A stretch of DNA of 64,000 nt from an uncultured Acetobacteraceae bacterium. Its GTDB lineage: Bacteria; Pseudomonadota; Alphaproteobacteria; Acetobacterales; Acetobacteraceae. The notes beneath the pieces are model-generated. The model was not told the origin of the DNA. It ran no database searches and saw nothing but the letters and a program-made list of their open reading frames with translations. Below are positions 44,030-53,278 of this stretch, in pieces (the stretch's first letter is position 1; each line of letters opens with the position of its first letter). The stretch covers positions 8,022 to 72,021 of the forward strand of contig CAXTVX010000006.1 in assembly GCA_964247755.1 (NCBI GenBank), given 5' to 3'. The translations under genes and the position numbers were made by a program.

Positions 44030-44183
44030 CAAGCATCGTGCATCGCTCGAACCTTCTCGACCGAAGCATCTCCGTGAGGATGCATGGCGCGTCCCTGCTT
44101 CTCGGTTAGCCGACGCGATCGGACTGCCGTTGTTCCCTCGTTGTCGACCCACGATGCCAGGCGGAGCAGAACGCCGGCCCGCG

Positions 44184-45977
44184 TCAGGAAGCGAGGGTCT
44201 CGAACACGTCGCCGCTCGGCGGCCGTTCTTCGATGTGGACACGGTGCCAGAGCGCGTAGAACAGCAGCGTCCATGCCGCGTGCTGCTCGCGACGGCCGGC
44301 GGCGTTGCGGAACAGGGCCGACACCCGGTCCGGTGCCGCGACCTCCGCCACGCCCGCCTGTGCCGCCACCAGCGGCGCCAGCCGGTCGCCCTGCGACGCG
44401 ATCCAGGCGCCGACCGGCACGGTGAAGCCCTGCTTCGGCGCGAACGGCTGCGCCTCGGGCATCTCCCGTTCCAGCCAGCGGCGGAGCAGCCACTTGCCGC
44501 GGCCTCCCCGCACCTTGAGCCCGTCCGGCAGCCGGAACGAGGCCGCCGCCACCGCCGGGTCGAGCAGCGGCGTGCGGCCCTCGATGCCGTGCGCCATCAG
44601 GCAGCGGTCGAGCTTCAGCAGCAGGTCGTGCGGCAGCCATTCGGCGATATCGGAGGCCTGCGCCTCGGCCAGCCGGGAGCGGCCGCCGATCCGGCCGAGC
44701 TCGGTGGCGGCGATGCCGCGCCGCCAGTCACGCGCGCGGGCGCCCACGCCGGTGCGTAGCACGCCGAGGCCGTCGAAGGTGCCCCGCCGCCGCATTGGGC
44801 GACCGCCCATCCACCACGGCCGCATCGCGCTGCGGTAGCGCCCGTAGCCGGCGAACAGCTCGTCGCCGCCCTCGCCGCTCAGGATCACCTTGACGTCGCG
44901 GCGCGCGCGCCTGGCCAGCAGCCAGGTCGGGATGATGGCGTAGTCGGCCACCGGGTCGTCCATGCAGGCGACGATCTCCGGCAGGTGGCGCCAGACGGTC
45001 GCCTGGTCGATCCGCAGCACCTCGTGATGCGCGCCCGCCGCCGCGGCTAGGCGTGCCGCCTGCGCGCTCTCGTCGGCGGCCTCCGGCACGTCGAACGCCG
45101 CGGTGAACGCCTGCACCCGGGCGCTGCCGAGCCGGGCCATCATCCGCAGCACGGCGGCGCTGTCGACGCCGCCGGACAGGAACAGGCCGTACGGCACGTC
45201 GGCACGCTGGTGCAGAGCGACGCTCTCCTCCAGCGCCCGGTCGAGCCGGAGAAGCGCGTCGGCCTCGCCGATCTGCTCCACCGGGCCCTCCGGCAGCGCC
45301 GGGATGCGGCTGCGGTCGATCACCCGCCCGTTCGCGACCCGAAGCGTCTCCCCGGGCAGCAGCCGGCTGATGCCGGGGAAGATGGTCTCGCGCCCGGTGG
45401 TGAACTGCAGCTGCAGCAGCTCGTCGCGTGCCGCGTCGCGCAGGGCGCGCCGGGCGAACCCCGCCGCCAGCAGCGCCTGCGGCTCCGAGGCGAAGGCGAT
45501 GCCGTTCGGCAGCTCGGCGACATAGAGCGGCTTGATCCCGAACGGGTCGCGCGACAGCACCAGGTTGTGGGTGCCGCGCTCGTGGATGGCGATCGCATAC
45601 ATCCCGCGCAGGGTGTCGACGTAGTGCGGCCCGTCGCGCAGCCACAGGTGCAGCGGCGGCTCGCAGTCGCTGCCGGTGGCGAAGCGTACTTCCGGCATCG
45701 CGGCACGCAGCTGCAGGTCGTTGTAGATCTCGCCGTTGGCGATCAGCGCCGCCGGGCCCGCGAACAAGGGCTGGTCGCCGCCGTCCAGGTCGATGATCGC
45801 CAGCCGGGTGTGCACCAGCGCCACCCGTCCGACCAGGCTGTGCCCGGCGCCGTCCGGCCCACGATGCGCCAGGGCCCGCACCAGCGCGGTGAGGCTCGCG
45901 CTGTCGAAGCTGCCGGCCTGCCCGACGGAGCCGCCGGGCGGTGCGGGGGCAAATGCGAAGCCGGCAATGCCGCACAT
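44184..45977 (-). CDS. asnB: Asparagine synthase-like glutamine amidotransferase
   Basis: MCGIAG Ntn start, HRGPDG, RLAIID, NGEIYN, RDPFGIKPLY, LSGGVDS, SGEGGDELFAGY. Confidence 0.9.
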   Translation of the reverse strand: MCGIAGFAFAPAPPGGSVGQAGSFDSASLTALVRALAHRGPDGAGHSLVGRVALVHTRLAIIDLDGGDQPLFAGPAALIANGEIYNDLQLRAAMPEVRFATGSDCEPPLHLWLRDGPHYVDTLRGMYAIAIHERGTHNLVLSRDPFGIKPLYVAELPNGIAFASEPQALLAAGFARRALRDAARDELLQLQFTTGRETIFPGISRLLPGETLRVANGRVIDRSRIPALPEGPVEQIGEADALLRLDRALEESVALHQRADVPYGLFLSGGVDSAAVLRMMARLGSARVQAFTAAFDVPEAADESAQAARLAAAAGAHHEVLRIDQATVWRHLPEIVACMDDPVADYAIIPTWLLARRARRDVKVILSGEGGDELFAGYGRYRSAMRPWWMGGRPMRRRGTFDGLGVLRTGVGARARDWRRGIAATELGRIGGRSRLAEAQASDIAEWLPHDLLLKLDRCLMAHGIEGRTPLLDPAVAAASFRLPDGLKVRGGRGKWLLRRWLEREMPEAQPFAPKQGFTVPVGAWIASQGDRLAPLVAAQAGVAEVAAPDRVSALFRNAAGRREQHAAWTLLFYALWHRVHIEERPPSGDVFETLAS

Positions 45978-46999
45978 CAGGTCTTCTCCACCGTGCGCAG
46001 GAACGCCTGCCACCGCGCCAGCACCGGACCGGCGGCGAACTCCGCCTCGTAGCGGGCCCGTCCGGCGGCGGCCAGACGCGCGGCCAGGACCGGGTCCGCT
46101 AGCACCGTGGACAGGGCGTCGCCGAGCGCGCGCGCCTCCTCCAGCGGCACCAGCAGGCCGTCCTCGCCGTCCCGGATCAGCTCGACCGGCCCCTGCGCGC
46201 GCGCCGCCACCACCGGACGGGCGGCCGAGAACCCCTCGATCACCACGTTGCCGAGCGGCTCGTGACGTGACGGGCACACCAGCGCCGCGCAGGCGGCGAT
46301 CAGCGGGCCGGTGTCGTCCACCCAGCCGGGCATGTGTACCCGGCCGGCCACGCCTTCGGAGCGCGCCAATGCTTCGAGCGCCGCCCGCTCCGGGCCCTCG
46401 CCGGCGATCACCAGATGCGCCCGCTCGACGTGGCGCATTGCCCGGATCAGCACGTCGAACGCCTTGTTGCGGTGCAGGCGGCCCAGCGCCAGCAGCATCG
46501 GCAGGTCCGGCGGCACGTCCTCCGACCGGCGCGGCACCGTGCCGGCCAGCTCGGCCGCGAAGTTTGGCAGGTGGTGCACGCGCGATGATGCCCAGCCCTG
46601 GCCCGCGATCCAGTCCGCGATGCCGCGCGTGTTGCCGATCAGGTGGTCGCAGCGCCGGTAGTTGGACAGGTCGTAGAACCCGCCCAGCCGGCCTGCCAGC
46701 ACCCAGTCGCCGCGTGGCGTCAGCCGGCTGGCGCGGTTCATCCAGGCCACCGTGACGCGCGGCTGGAACCGGCGCAGCGCTGCGCCGATCCGCGGTCCGG
46801 TCAACAGGTCGAGCCGGCCGCCGAAGCGCAGCTCGACCGGGTGCAGCCCGCCGGCGCGGAGCCGGGCGGCGCGGGCGGGGTTGCGTCGGATCAGCGGCAG
46901 CGTCTCGGTTGCATCCGCGGCGAGTGCCACCGACAGGCGCTCGAAGAACAGCTCGGCGCCGCCGGACGCCGCCCCGGCCATGACCTGCGCCACCCTCAC
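45977..46999 (-). CDS. Glycosyltransferase family 4
   Basis: GGAELFF, GRLHRNKAFD, AGEGPER, SRHEPLGNVVIE; GTG start. Confidence 0.92.
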   Translation of the reverse strand: MRVAQVMAGAASGGAELFFERLSVALAADATETLPLIRRNPARAARLRAGGLHPVELRFGGRLDLLTGPRIGAALRRFQPRVTVAWMNRASRLTPRGDWVLAGRLGGFYDLSNYRRCDHLIGNTRGIADWIAGQGWASSRVHHLPNFAAELAGTVPRRSEDVPPDLPMLLALGRLHRNKAFDVLIRAMRHVERAHLVIAGEGPERAALEALARSEGVAGRVHMPGWVDDTGPLIAACAALVCPSRHEPLGNVVIEGFSAARPVVAARAQGPVELIRDGEDGLLVPLEEARALGDALSTVLADPVLAARLAAAGRARYEAEFAAGPVLARWQAFLRTVEKT

Positions 47000-47907
47000 G
47001 GCACGGGGTCCCGTGCCAGCAGCGCCAGCGCCGCCTGTGCGACCGCCTCGACGCCGAGCCCGTCGATCGGCGCCTCGCCTTCCGGGCCGGGTGCCGCGAC
47101 GAAACCCGCCCGCCTGCCCACCGGGGCGTATTCCGACGAGCGGCTGGGTCCGAACAGCCCCAGCGTGGCGATGCCGGTCGCGGCAGACAGGTGCATCAGC
47201 CCGGAATCGTTGCCGACATACAGCGCGCAGCGACGCAGGCAGGCCGCCACCTCGGCAAGCGACAGCCGGCCGCGCAGGTCGACCGCGCCGGGGAGCCGAT
47301 CGACCAGGGCCTGGCCCAGCGCGTGCTCCGCCGCGCCGGGACCTGCGAACACCACCGGCACCGCGTCCGGCATCACGCTCTTGAGCCGTCCGAACAGGGC
47401 GGCGAACCGCTCTGCCGGCCAGATCTTGCCGGTCCAGTTCGCGGTCGGGCCGAGGGCGACCAGGGTGCGGCCGCCGGGCAGGAGCGTCTCGGCGCGGCGC
47501 CGGTCGGCGGGACCGGTCCAGGCCACCGGCGCCGGCGGCGGCACCAGGCCGAGCACCCCGGCCAGATGCGCGATGCGGTGACCGGGACGGCGGCCGCCGC
47601 GCATGATCGCCCGCCGGCGCGCCAGCAGGGCCAGGGTGACGGCGGAGCCGCGCAGGTCCACCGCCAGGTCCCAGCGGGTGGCCACGCAGGCACGCCACAG
47701 CGACCACCAGTGCCGGTCGTAGCGCCGCTTCTCCACCACCAGCAGACGCGACAGCCCCGGCATCCGCTCGAACAGCCCGGCCGCGACCGGCCCGCAGGCG
47801 ACCGTCACCTGCGGATCCGGCAGGTGATGCAGCAGGTGGTCCAGCAGCCCGGTGGACAGGACCGCGTCACCGAGCCGGGTCGCGGTGATGAACAGAATGC
47901 GGGTCAG
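46996..47907 (-). CDS. Glycosyltransferase family 9 (heptosyltransferase-like)
   Basis: RILFITATRLGDAVLSTGLL, DLRGS, GNDSGLMHLSAA, LFGPS; apparent CTG start at 47907. Confidence 0.85.
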   Translation of the reverse strand: MTRILFITATRLGDAVLSTGLLDHLLHHLPDPQVTVACGPVAAGLFERMPGLSRLLVVEKRRYDRHWWSLWRACVATRWDLAVDLRGSAVTLALLARRRAIMRGGRRPGHRIAHLAGVLGLVPPPAPVAWTGPADRRRAETLLPGGRTLVALGPTANWTGKIWPAERFAALFGRLKSVMPDAVPVVFAGPGAAEHALGQALVDRLPGAVDLRGRLSLAEVAACLRRCALYVGNDSGLMHLSAATGIATLGLFGPSRSSEYAPVGRRAGFVAAPGPEGEAPIDGLGVEAVAQAALALLARDPVP

Positions 47908-47955
47908 GACGAGGGCTCCGGCAGCGCGGGCGGACCTCCTAGTCTCTTTCTCCAG

Positions 47956-47984
47956 TTGCCGGAAGGCGCCGGCTCGCCCAAGTT
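47956..47984 (+). promoter_or_regulatory. Probable sigma70 promoter of ygfZ (leaderless geometry)
   Basis: TTGCCG-N17-CAAGTT-N6-ATG, no SD. Confidence 0.5.
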
Positions 47985-47990
47985 CGGTTC

Positions 47991-48815
47991 ATGTCCAAGC
48001 TCGCCCTCCTTCCCGATCGTGCGGTCCTGTCGGTGCAAGGTCCGGACCGCGTGACGTTCCTGCAGGGGCTGGTCTCCAACGACGTGTCGCTCGCGGGTCC
48101 CGGCCGGTCGGTGTGGGCGGCGCTGCTGACGCCGCAGGGCAAGTACCTGGCCGACTTCTTCGTGCTGTCGGACGGCGAGCGGCTGCTGCTGGACTGCGAG
48201 CGGCCGCAGGCGGCAATGCTGGTGCAGAAGCTTTCGCAGTTCCGGCTGCGTGCGGCGGTGGAGGTGACGGAGACGCCGCTTGCGGTGTTCGCAGCCTGGG
48301 ACGGCGTGCCGGCCGTGCCGGCGGGGGCAGTCGCGGCGCCCGATCCGCGGCTTCCGGAGGCCGGATGGCGGATCCTGGCCGACGAGGCGCCGGAGACGGA
48401 TGTCGACGAGGCCGACTACGACCGCCACCGCCTGCTGCTCGGCCTGCCGGACGGCACCCGCGACTGCGAGCCGGACCGGACGGTGCTGCTGGAAGCCGGC
48501 TTCGACGAGCTGGGCGGAATCTCCTGGACCAAGGGCTGCTACATGGGCCAGGAGCTGACCGCGCGCACCCGCTATCGCGGCCTGCTCAAGCGCCGGCTGG
48601 TGCCGGTGAGCGCGGAGGGCGCGCTGCCGCCGCCCGGCACCGTGCTGACCGGGAACGGCCGCGAGGTCGGCACCATGCGCTCGTCGCGGGAAACGCTGGG
48701 GCTCGCAGTGCTGCGCCTGGAGCACCTCCACGGCGCGCTCGACTACGAGGGCGGCACCCTGCAGGCCCGGGTGCCGGACTGGATGCGCCTGCCCGAGGCG
48801 AAGGCCGCCTCGTGA
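47991..48815 (+). CDS. ygfZ: Folate-binding Fe-S maturation protein YgfZ
   Basis: FLQGLVSND, LLTPQGK, signature KGCYMGQE. Confidence 0.92.
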   Translation: MSKLALLPDRAVLSVQGPDRVTFLQGLVSNDVSLAGPGRSVWAALLTPQGKYLADFFVLSDGERLLLDCERPQAAMLVQKLSQFRLRAAVEVTETPLAVFAAWDGVPAVPAGAVAAPDPRLPEAGWRILADEAPETDVDEADYDRHRLLLGLPDGTRDCEPDRTVLLEAGFDELGGISWTKGCYMGQELTARTRYRGLLKRRLVPVSAEGALPPPGTVLTGNGREVGTMRSSRETLGLAVLRLEHLHGALDYEGGTLQARVPDWMRLPEAKAAS

Positions 48816-49213
48816 GCGACGAACCGGACCCACCGTCGGTGCTGGACGAGGTGGCGTTCAACCCGGCCGGGCTGGTGGCCGCGATCGCGCAGCAGCACGA
48901 CACCGGCGAGGTGCTGATGCTGGCGTGGATGAACCGGGCGGCGCTGGCCGAAACGCTTGAGACGGGCCAGGTCTGCTACTGGAGCCGCAGCCGCAGGCAG
49001 CTCTGGCGCAAGGGAGAAACCTCCGGCCAGACCCAGCGCCTGGTCGAGCTGCGCCTCGACTGCGACCGCGACGCCCTGCTGCTGCTGGTCGACCAGACCG
49101 GGGTGGCCTGCCACACCGGCCGGCGCTCCTGCTTCTTCGACGCGCTGCGCGACGGCAGGTTGGTCGCGGTGTCCGAGCCGGAGGTCGACCCTGAGCGGCT
49201 CTACGGCGCCTGA
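48812..49213 (+). CDS. hisI: Phosphoribosyl-AMP cyclohydrolase
   Basis: MLAWMN, YWSRSR..LWRKGETSG, DCDRD, ACHTGRRSCF; GTG start overlapping the ygfZ stop. Confidence 0.95.
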   Translation: MSDEPDPPSVLDEVAFNPAGLVAAIAQQHDTGEVLMLAWMNRAALAETLETGQVCYWSRSRRQLWRKGETSGQTQRLVELRLDCDRDALLLLVDQTGVACHTGRRSCFFDALRDGRLVAVSEPEVDPERLYGA

Positions 49214-49223
49214 CACGGAACCG

Positions 49224-50369
49224 TTGATCTGGCTGATGGCCGGGGAGGCCAGCGGCGACGTGCTGGGCGGGCGGCTGCTGGCGGCACTGCGGCGGCAGCG
49301 TCCGGGGCTCAGGTTCCGCGGCATCGGCGGCGTCCGCATGGCGGAGGCGGGGCTCGACACCCTGTTCCCGATGCGCGAGCTGGCGGTGATGGGGCTGGTC
49401 GAGATCCTGCCGCGGATCCGCGCCCTGTCGCGCCGCCTCGATCAGGCGGTGGCCGACATCGCCGCCGCCCGCCCGGACCTGGTGGTGACCATCGACAGCC
49501 CGGGCTTTGCGCTCAGGCTGCTCAGGCGGATCGCCGGGCTCGGCATCCCGCGCGTGCACTATGTGGCGCCGCAGGTCTGGGCCTGGCGCGAGCACCGGGT
49601 GCGCGAGTTCCCGGGCCTGTGGGAGCGGCTGCTCTGCCTGCTGCCGTTCGAGACCGCGTTCTTCGCAGGGCACGGACTAGACGCCCGTTTCGTCGGCCAT
49701 CCGGTGCTGCAGTCCGGTGCCGGGAGCGGCGACGCGGCGCGGTTCCGTGCCCGGCACGGGCTTGATCCGGCGGCGCCCGTGCTGGTGCTGATGCCGGGCA
49801 GCCGGCGCAGCGAGGTGCCGCGCCTGCTGCCGGTGTTCGGCCGCACCCTGTCGCGTCTGGCGGAACGGGTCCCGGGGCTGGTGCCGGTGGTGGTGGTGTC
49901 GCCGGTGGTGGCGCAGGCGGTGGCGCGGGCGGTGCGTCGCTGGCCGGCGCAGCCGGTGCTGGTGACGGAGCTCGACGACAAGCACGACGCCTTCGCCGCC
50001 GCGGGTGCGGCACTCACCAAGTCGGGCACCTCGACCCTGGAGCTGGCCCTGGCGGGGGTACCGATGGCGGTCACGTACCGGGTCAACCCGCTCACCGCCG
50101 CCATCGCCCGCCAGCTGATCCGGGTGCAGCACGTGGCGATGGTCAACCTGCTGGCCGGGCGCCGCCTGGTGCCGGAGCTGCTGCAGGGGGACTGCCGGCC
50201 GGACCGGCTGGCGCGGACGGTGGAGCGGCTGCTCGGCGATCCGGACGCGGCGAGAGCGCAACGCGCCGGCTTCCGCACGGTGATCGACTCGCTGTCGGCG
50301 GGCGACGAGGCGCCCGCCGACGCGGCGGCGCGCGAGATCCTGGCCCTGCTCGACGAGACCGGGCGGTGA
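49224..50369 (+). CDS. lpxB: Lipid-A-disaccharide synthase
   Basis: AGEASGD, LAVMGLVE, IDSPGF, YVAPQVWAWR, PGSRRSE, SGTSTLE; start uncertain (TTG 49224 or CTG 49191). Confidence 0.95.
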   Translation: MIWLMAGEASGDVLGGRLLAALRRQRPGLRFRGIGGVRMAEAGLDTLFPMRELAVMGLVEILPRIRALSRRLDQAVADIAAARPDLVVTIDSPGFALRLLRRIAGLGIPRVHYVAPQVWAWREHRVREFPGLWERLLCLLPFETAFFAGHGLDARFVGHPVLQSGAGSGDAARFRARHGLDPAAPVLVLMPGSRRSEVPRLLPVFGRTLSRLAERVPGLVPVVVVSPVVAQAVARAVRRWPAQPVLVTELDDKHDAFAAAGAALTKSGTSTLELALAGVPMAVTYRVNPLTAAIARQLIRVQHVAMVNLLAGRRLVPELLQGDCRPDRLARTVERLLGDPDAARAQRAGFRTVIDSLSAGDEAPADAAAREILALLDETGR

Positions 50370-51793
50370 GCGGAACCGCACCATCCGACGCCGCCTGGAC
50401 CCTGCCCGGCCGGTTCGGGCCGGAACGCTGGCAGCGCGAAGCGGACCGGTTCACGGCCGTCGCGGTAGCGGGCGACCGGATCGCCCTGCCCACCGACCGC
50501 GTGACCGAGGCCCGGCTGCGCAGCCGCGAGGCCGCCTGCGCGCATCCGGGCCCGTTCCCGCTCGCCTTCCGCTTCTGCCCGGACTGCGGCGCGGCCCTGG
50601 CGGAGGCGCCAGGGGAACCCGACGCGGAAGCCTGGTCGCCGCCGTTCGGTGCCGCCACCGGGTTGCCGGCCCGGGACGAGACGGTCGAGCCGGATCCGGC
50701 CAGCCACGAGGAGATCGCGGTCCCGCCGTCTTCCGCGCTCGGCTTCGCCGTGGCCGGCACGCCGCCGATGCTGCTGGCCTGCGACCGGGTCGACGGCTGG
50801 GTCAGGGCCTGGTCGGAGCTCGGCCGGCGGTGGATCGACCGCGTCCAGCTGCCGCCGTGCACCGTTCTGCCCGCCTGGAGCTGGGCCGCCGCCGCCGACG
50901 CGTCGGGCCTGTCGCTGCCGACCGATCGCGGCCCCGCCTTCATCGGGCTGACCGCGCCGCGGCGGGCGCCGGTGGCGCTGCTGGAGGGTCCTGCGCCGCT
51001 GGGCGGGGCCGGCGTGCTGCGCAGCCAGGTCGCCCTGCCGGTGCGGGATGCTGCCGGACTGGCGCTTGCCGTGCTCGATCGTGCGGCACCCGAGCGCGGC
51101 TGGTCGCTGCTGCCGGTGCCGGGAGCCGCGGCGGAGGCGCTGGCAACCCCGGTGGCGACCGGCGACCGGCTGCTCTGGTGCGGACCCACGGGACTGCTCA
51201 CGCTGCAGGCGGGGCCGGACGGTTCCACCGCCCATTGGCAGGGCTGGCAGGACGGGATCTGGCCGCTGCCCGGCGTGCGCCCGGTGGCGGAGCCGAACGG
51301 CACCCTGCACCAGCTCGCCAGGCTCGATCCGCACACGCTGGTGCTGCAAAGCCTGTCCACTCCGGGCCAGGTGCCGGAACGCCGGGCCGCCCGCGGCTAC
51401 ACCCCCGGCACCGGTCGGGCGGTGTTCCGCGAGAACGCCCGGCTACGACTGCCCTGGGACAAGCGCGCAGCCTCGGACTACGTGATTCCGGACGGCACCT
51501 TCCTGCTGCCGCTGCTGGAGTTCGGCGGCGGCCGGACCGTTCTGGTGCTGTGCACCGGCCGCGACCGGCTCGGCCGCTTCCTGGGCGATCCAACCGCGCC
51601 GGACGATGCGGACGCGGACCACGCCTGCACCCTGTTCTACAGCCGCGGTCCGCGCGTGCTCGAGCCGCTGGACTGCCTGCTGCGCGCGCGGGACGCGTCC
51701 GACCTGTCGGTGTTCCTCCATGCCGGCTGGCTCTACGCCCACGGCGCCCGCGACGGAGGCTGCCATCGGTGGCGGCTGCGCGATGCGGGCTAG
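50366..51793 (+). CDS. Hypothetical protein with Zn-ribbon and beta-rich (propeller-like) region
   Basis: C-x-H...RFCPDCG near the N-terminus, many short Trp-containing strands, no signal or TM seen; GTG overlaps the lpxB stop. Confidence 0.75.
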   Translation: MSGTAPSDAAWTLPGRFGPERWQREADRFTAVAVAGDRIALPTDRVTEARLRSREAACAHPGPFPLAFRFCPDCGAALAEAPGEPDAEAWSPPFGAATGLPARDETVEPDPASHEEIAVPPSSALGFAVAGTPPMLLACDRVDGWVRAWSELGRRWIDRVQLPPCTVLPAWSWAAAADASGLSLPTDRGPAFIGLTAPRRAPVALLEGPAPLGGAGVLRSQVALPVRDAAGLALAVLDRAAPERGWSLLPVPGAAAEALATPVATGDRLLWCGPTGLLTLQAGPDGSTAHWQGWQDGIWPLPGVRPVAEPNGTLHQLARLDPHTLVLQSLSTPGQVPERRAARGYTPGTGRAVFRENARLRLPWDKRAASDYVIPDGTFLLPLLEFGGGRTVLVLCTGRDRLGRFLGDPTAPDDADADHACTLFYSRGPRVLEPLDCLLRARDASDLSVFLHAGWLYAHGARDGGCHRWRLRDAG

Positions 51794-53258
51794 AACGGGC
51801 GTGGCGCTGCTGTGGTGCGGCCTGATGGCGGTCCGGCCGGCGCTGGCGCAGGTGAGCTCGCTCTACCTGATCCAGGACTCCGGCTGGATGGAGCCGTTCT
51901 ACACCGACACGGCCGCGCCGTTCCGGCCGTTGCTGAACGCGCTGGTGGCAGCCTCGCACGCCGACGGCGAGGTCGTCGTCGCCGGCTTCGACCAGGACGG
52001 CCAGGTCCCGGGTCGGCATTCCCCGGACGTGCTCTACCGCGGCCGGTTCGACCCGGCGCGGGTCGCGGCCGCGGTGGCGGCGCTCGACCTGCCGCACCAG
52101 CCGGACGGCCACCTGGCCGATGCCGACTTCGATGGCGCGCTGGTGCGCGGCATCGACACGGTCCTGGACGGCCATCCGGGCATCGTCTGGCTGGTCACCA
52201 ACAACCGCAACTCGCCCGGCAACAGCCAGCGCGTGGACGAGAACACCCGCGCCTTCGCGCAGGCGCTCGGATCGAGCCCGGCGCTGCCGGTGGTAGTGGC
52301 GTATCCGGTGCGGCTGCCGGCGACCGGGCGGCTCTACAGCGCACAGGGGCTGATCGTGTACGGGATCGCCTACGGCGCGCAGGCCGCGGTCGCGTTGCGC
52401 CGATCGACCGCGAGCCCGGCGCTCAGGCAGCTGTTCAGCGACCCGGCGGTGCAGCTCAAGCCGCTGGACCAGGCGCCGCTGCGCTTCACCCCGGACGCCA
52501 CCCTCACTCCCGGCCTCATCGCCAGCCGGGGCATCGACGGCAGCCTGCGTATCGCCGGCGTGCCCGGCGGCCGGGCCTCGAACGTCGAGATCGCCGGCAC
52601 GCTGCGCTCCGACTACTACCCGCACGTGATCGACCGGGCGCGGCTGTCGCTGCGTTGGGACCGGCTGGAGCAGGTTGCCGGCCGCCCGGCGCTGCCGCTT
52701 CCTGCGGCGACGATCGCGCCGGGCGAGGTCGACGGGCTCGGTCCGGGTGCGGCGCTGCGCGTGCGGATACGGCTGGACATCCCGCGCATCGACCGCGCGC
52801 CCGGCCTCGCCGGCTGGCTGCAGAAGGACGTGGCGCTGCACGGCACGCTCGCGGTCGGCCTGTCGAACCTCCGCCTGTCGCTGCAGGACGGGTTCGTGGC
52901 CAAGATGACGCAGGTGGCGGCACTCGATCAGCTGCCGGGGGTGTTCTTCGACAACAAGACGGTGGCGGCCGCATCGGCGGTGCTGCCGGTCACGCTGGTG
53001 GTGCATTATTCCGCCGTGCCGCTGATCCTGGCACTGTGCAGCCTGTCGGTCCTGCTGCTGCTCCTGGCCCTGCTGCTGGTGCTGCTGCGCCGCGAGCGCG
53101 AGCACCTCCTGCCGCTCGACGGGCAGGTGCGCCGGGTGCGGCTGCGTCCGTTCGGGACCAGGCAGATCACGCTGCCCGCGGGCCGAACCTTCGTCCTGCG
53201 CGGCCGCCTTGTCGGGGCCCCGCGGATCGTGCGACGCCCGGACAGCGATCCGCGCTGA
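51783..53258 (+). CDS. Membrane-anchored secreted protein with vWA-like domain
   Basis: Signal peptide (RPALA|Q), LYLIQDSGWME (MIDAS-like), DADFDGAL, IVWLVTNN, beta-sandwich region, TM at ~53020-53090, short tail. Confidence 0.7.
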   Translation: MRARTGVALLWCGLMAVRPALAQVSSLYLIQDSGWMEPFYTDTAAPFRPLLNALVAASHADGEVVVAGFDQDGQVPGRHSPDVLYRGRFDPARVAAAVAALDLPHQPDGHLADADFDGALVRGIDTVLDGHPGIVWLVTNNRNSPGNSQRVDENTRAFAQALGSSPALPVVVAYPVRLPATGRLYSAQGLIVYGIAYGAQAAVALRRSTASPALRQLFSDPAVQLKPLDQAPLRFTPDATLTPGLIASRGIDGSLRIAGVPGGRASNVEIAGTLRSDYYPHVIDRARLSLRWDRLEQVAGRPALPLPAATIAPGEVDGLGPGAALRVRIRLDIPRIDRAPGLAGWLQKDVALHGTLAVGLSNLRLSLQDGFVAKMTQVAALDQLPGVFFDNKTVAAASAVLPVTLVVHYSAVPLILALCSLSVLLLLLALLLVLLRREREHLLPLDGQVRRVRLRPFGTRQITLPAGRTFVLRGRLVGAPRIVRRPDSDPR

Positions 53259-53278
53259 GATCGCGTCCAGGACAGGTC

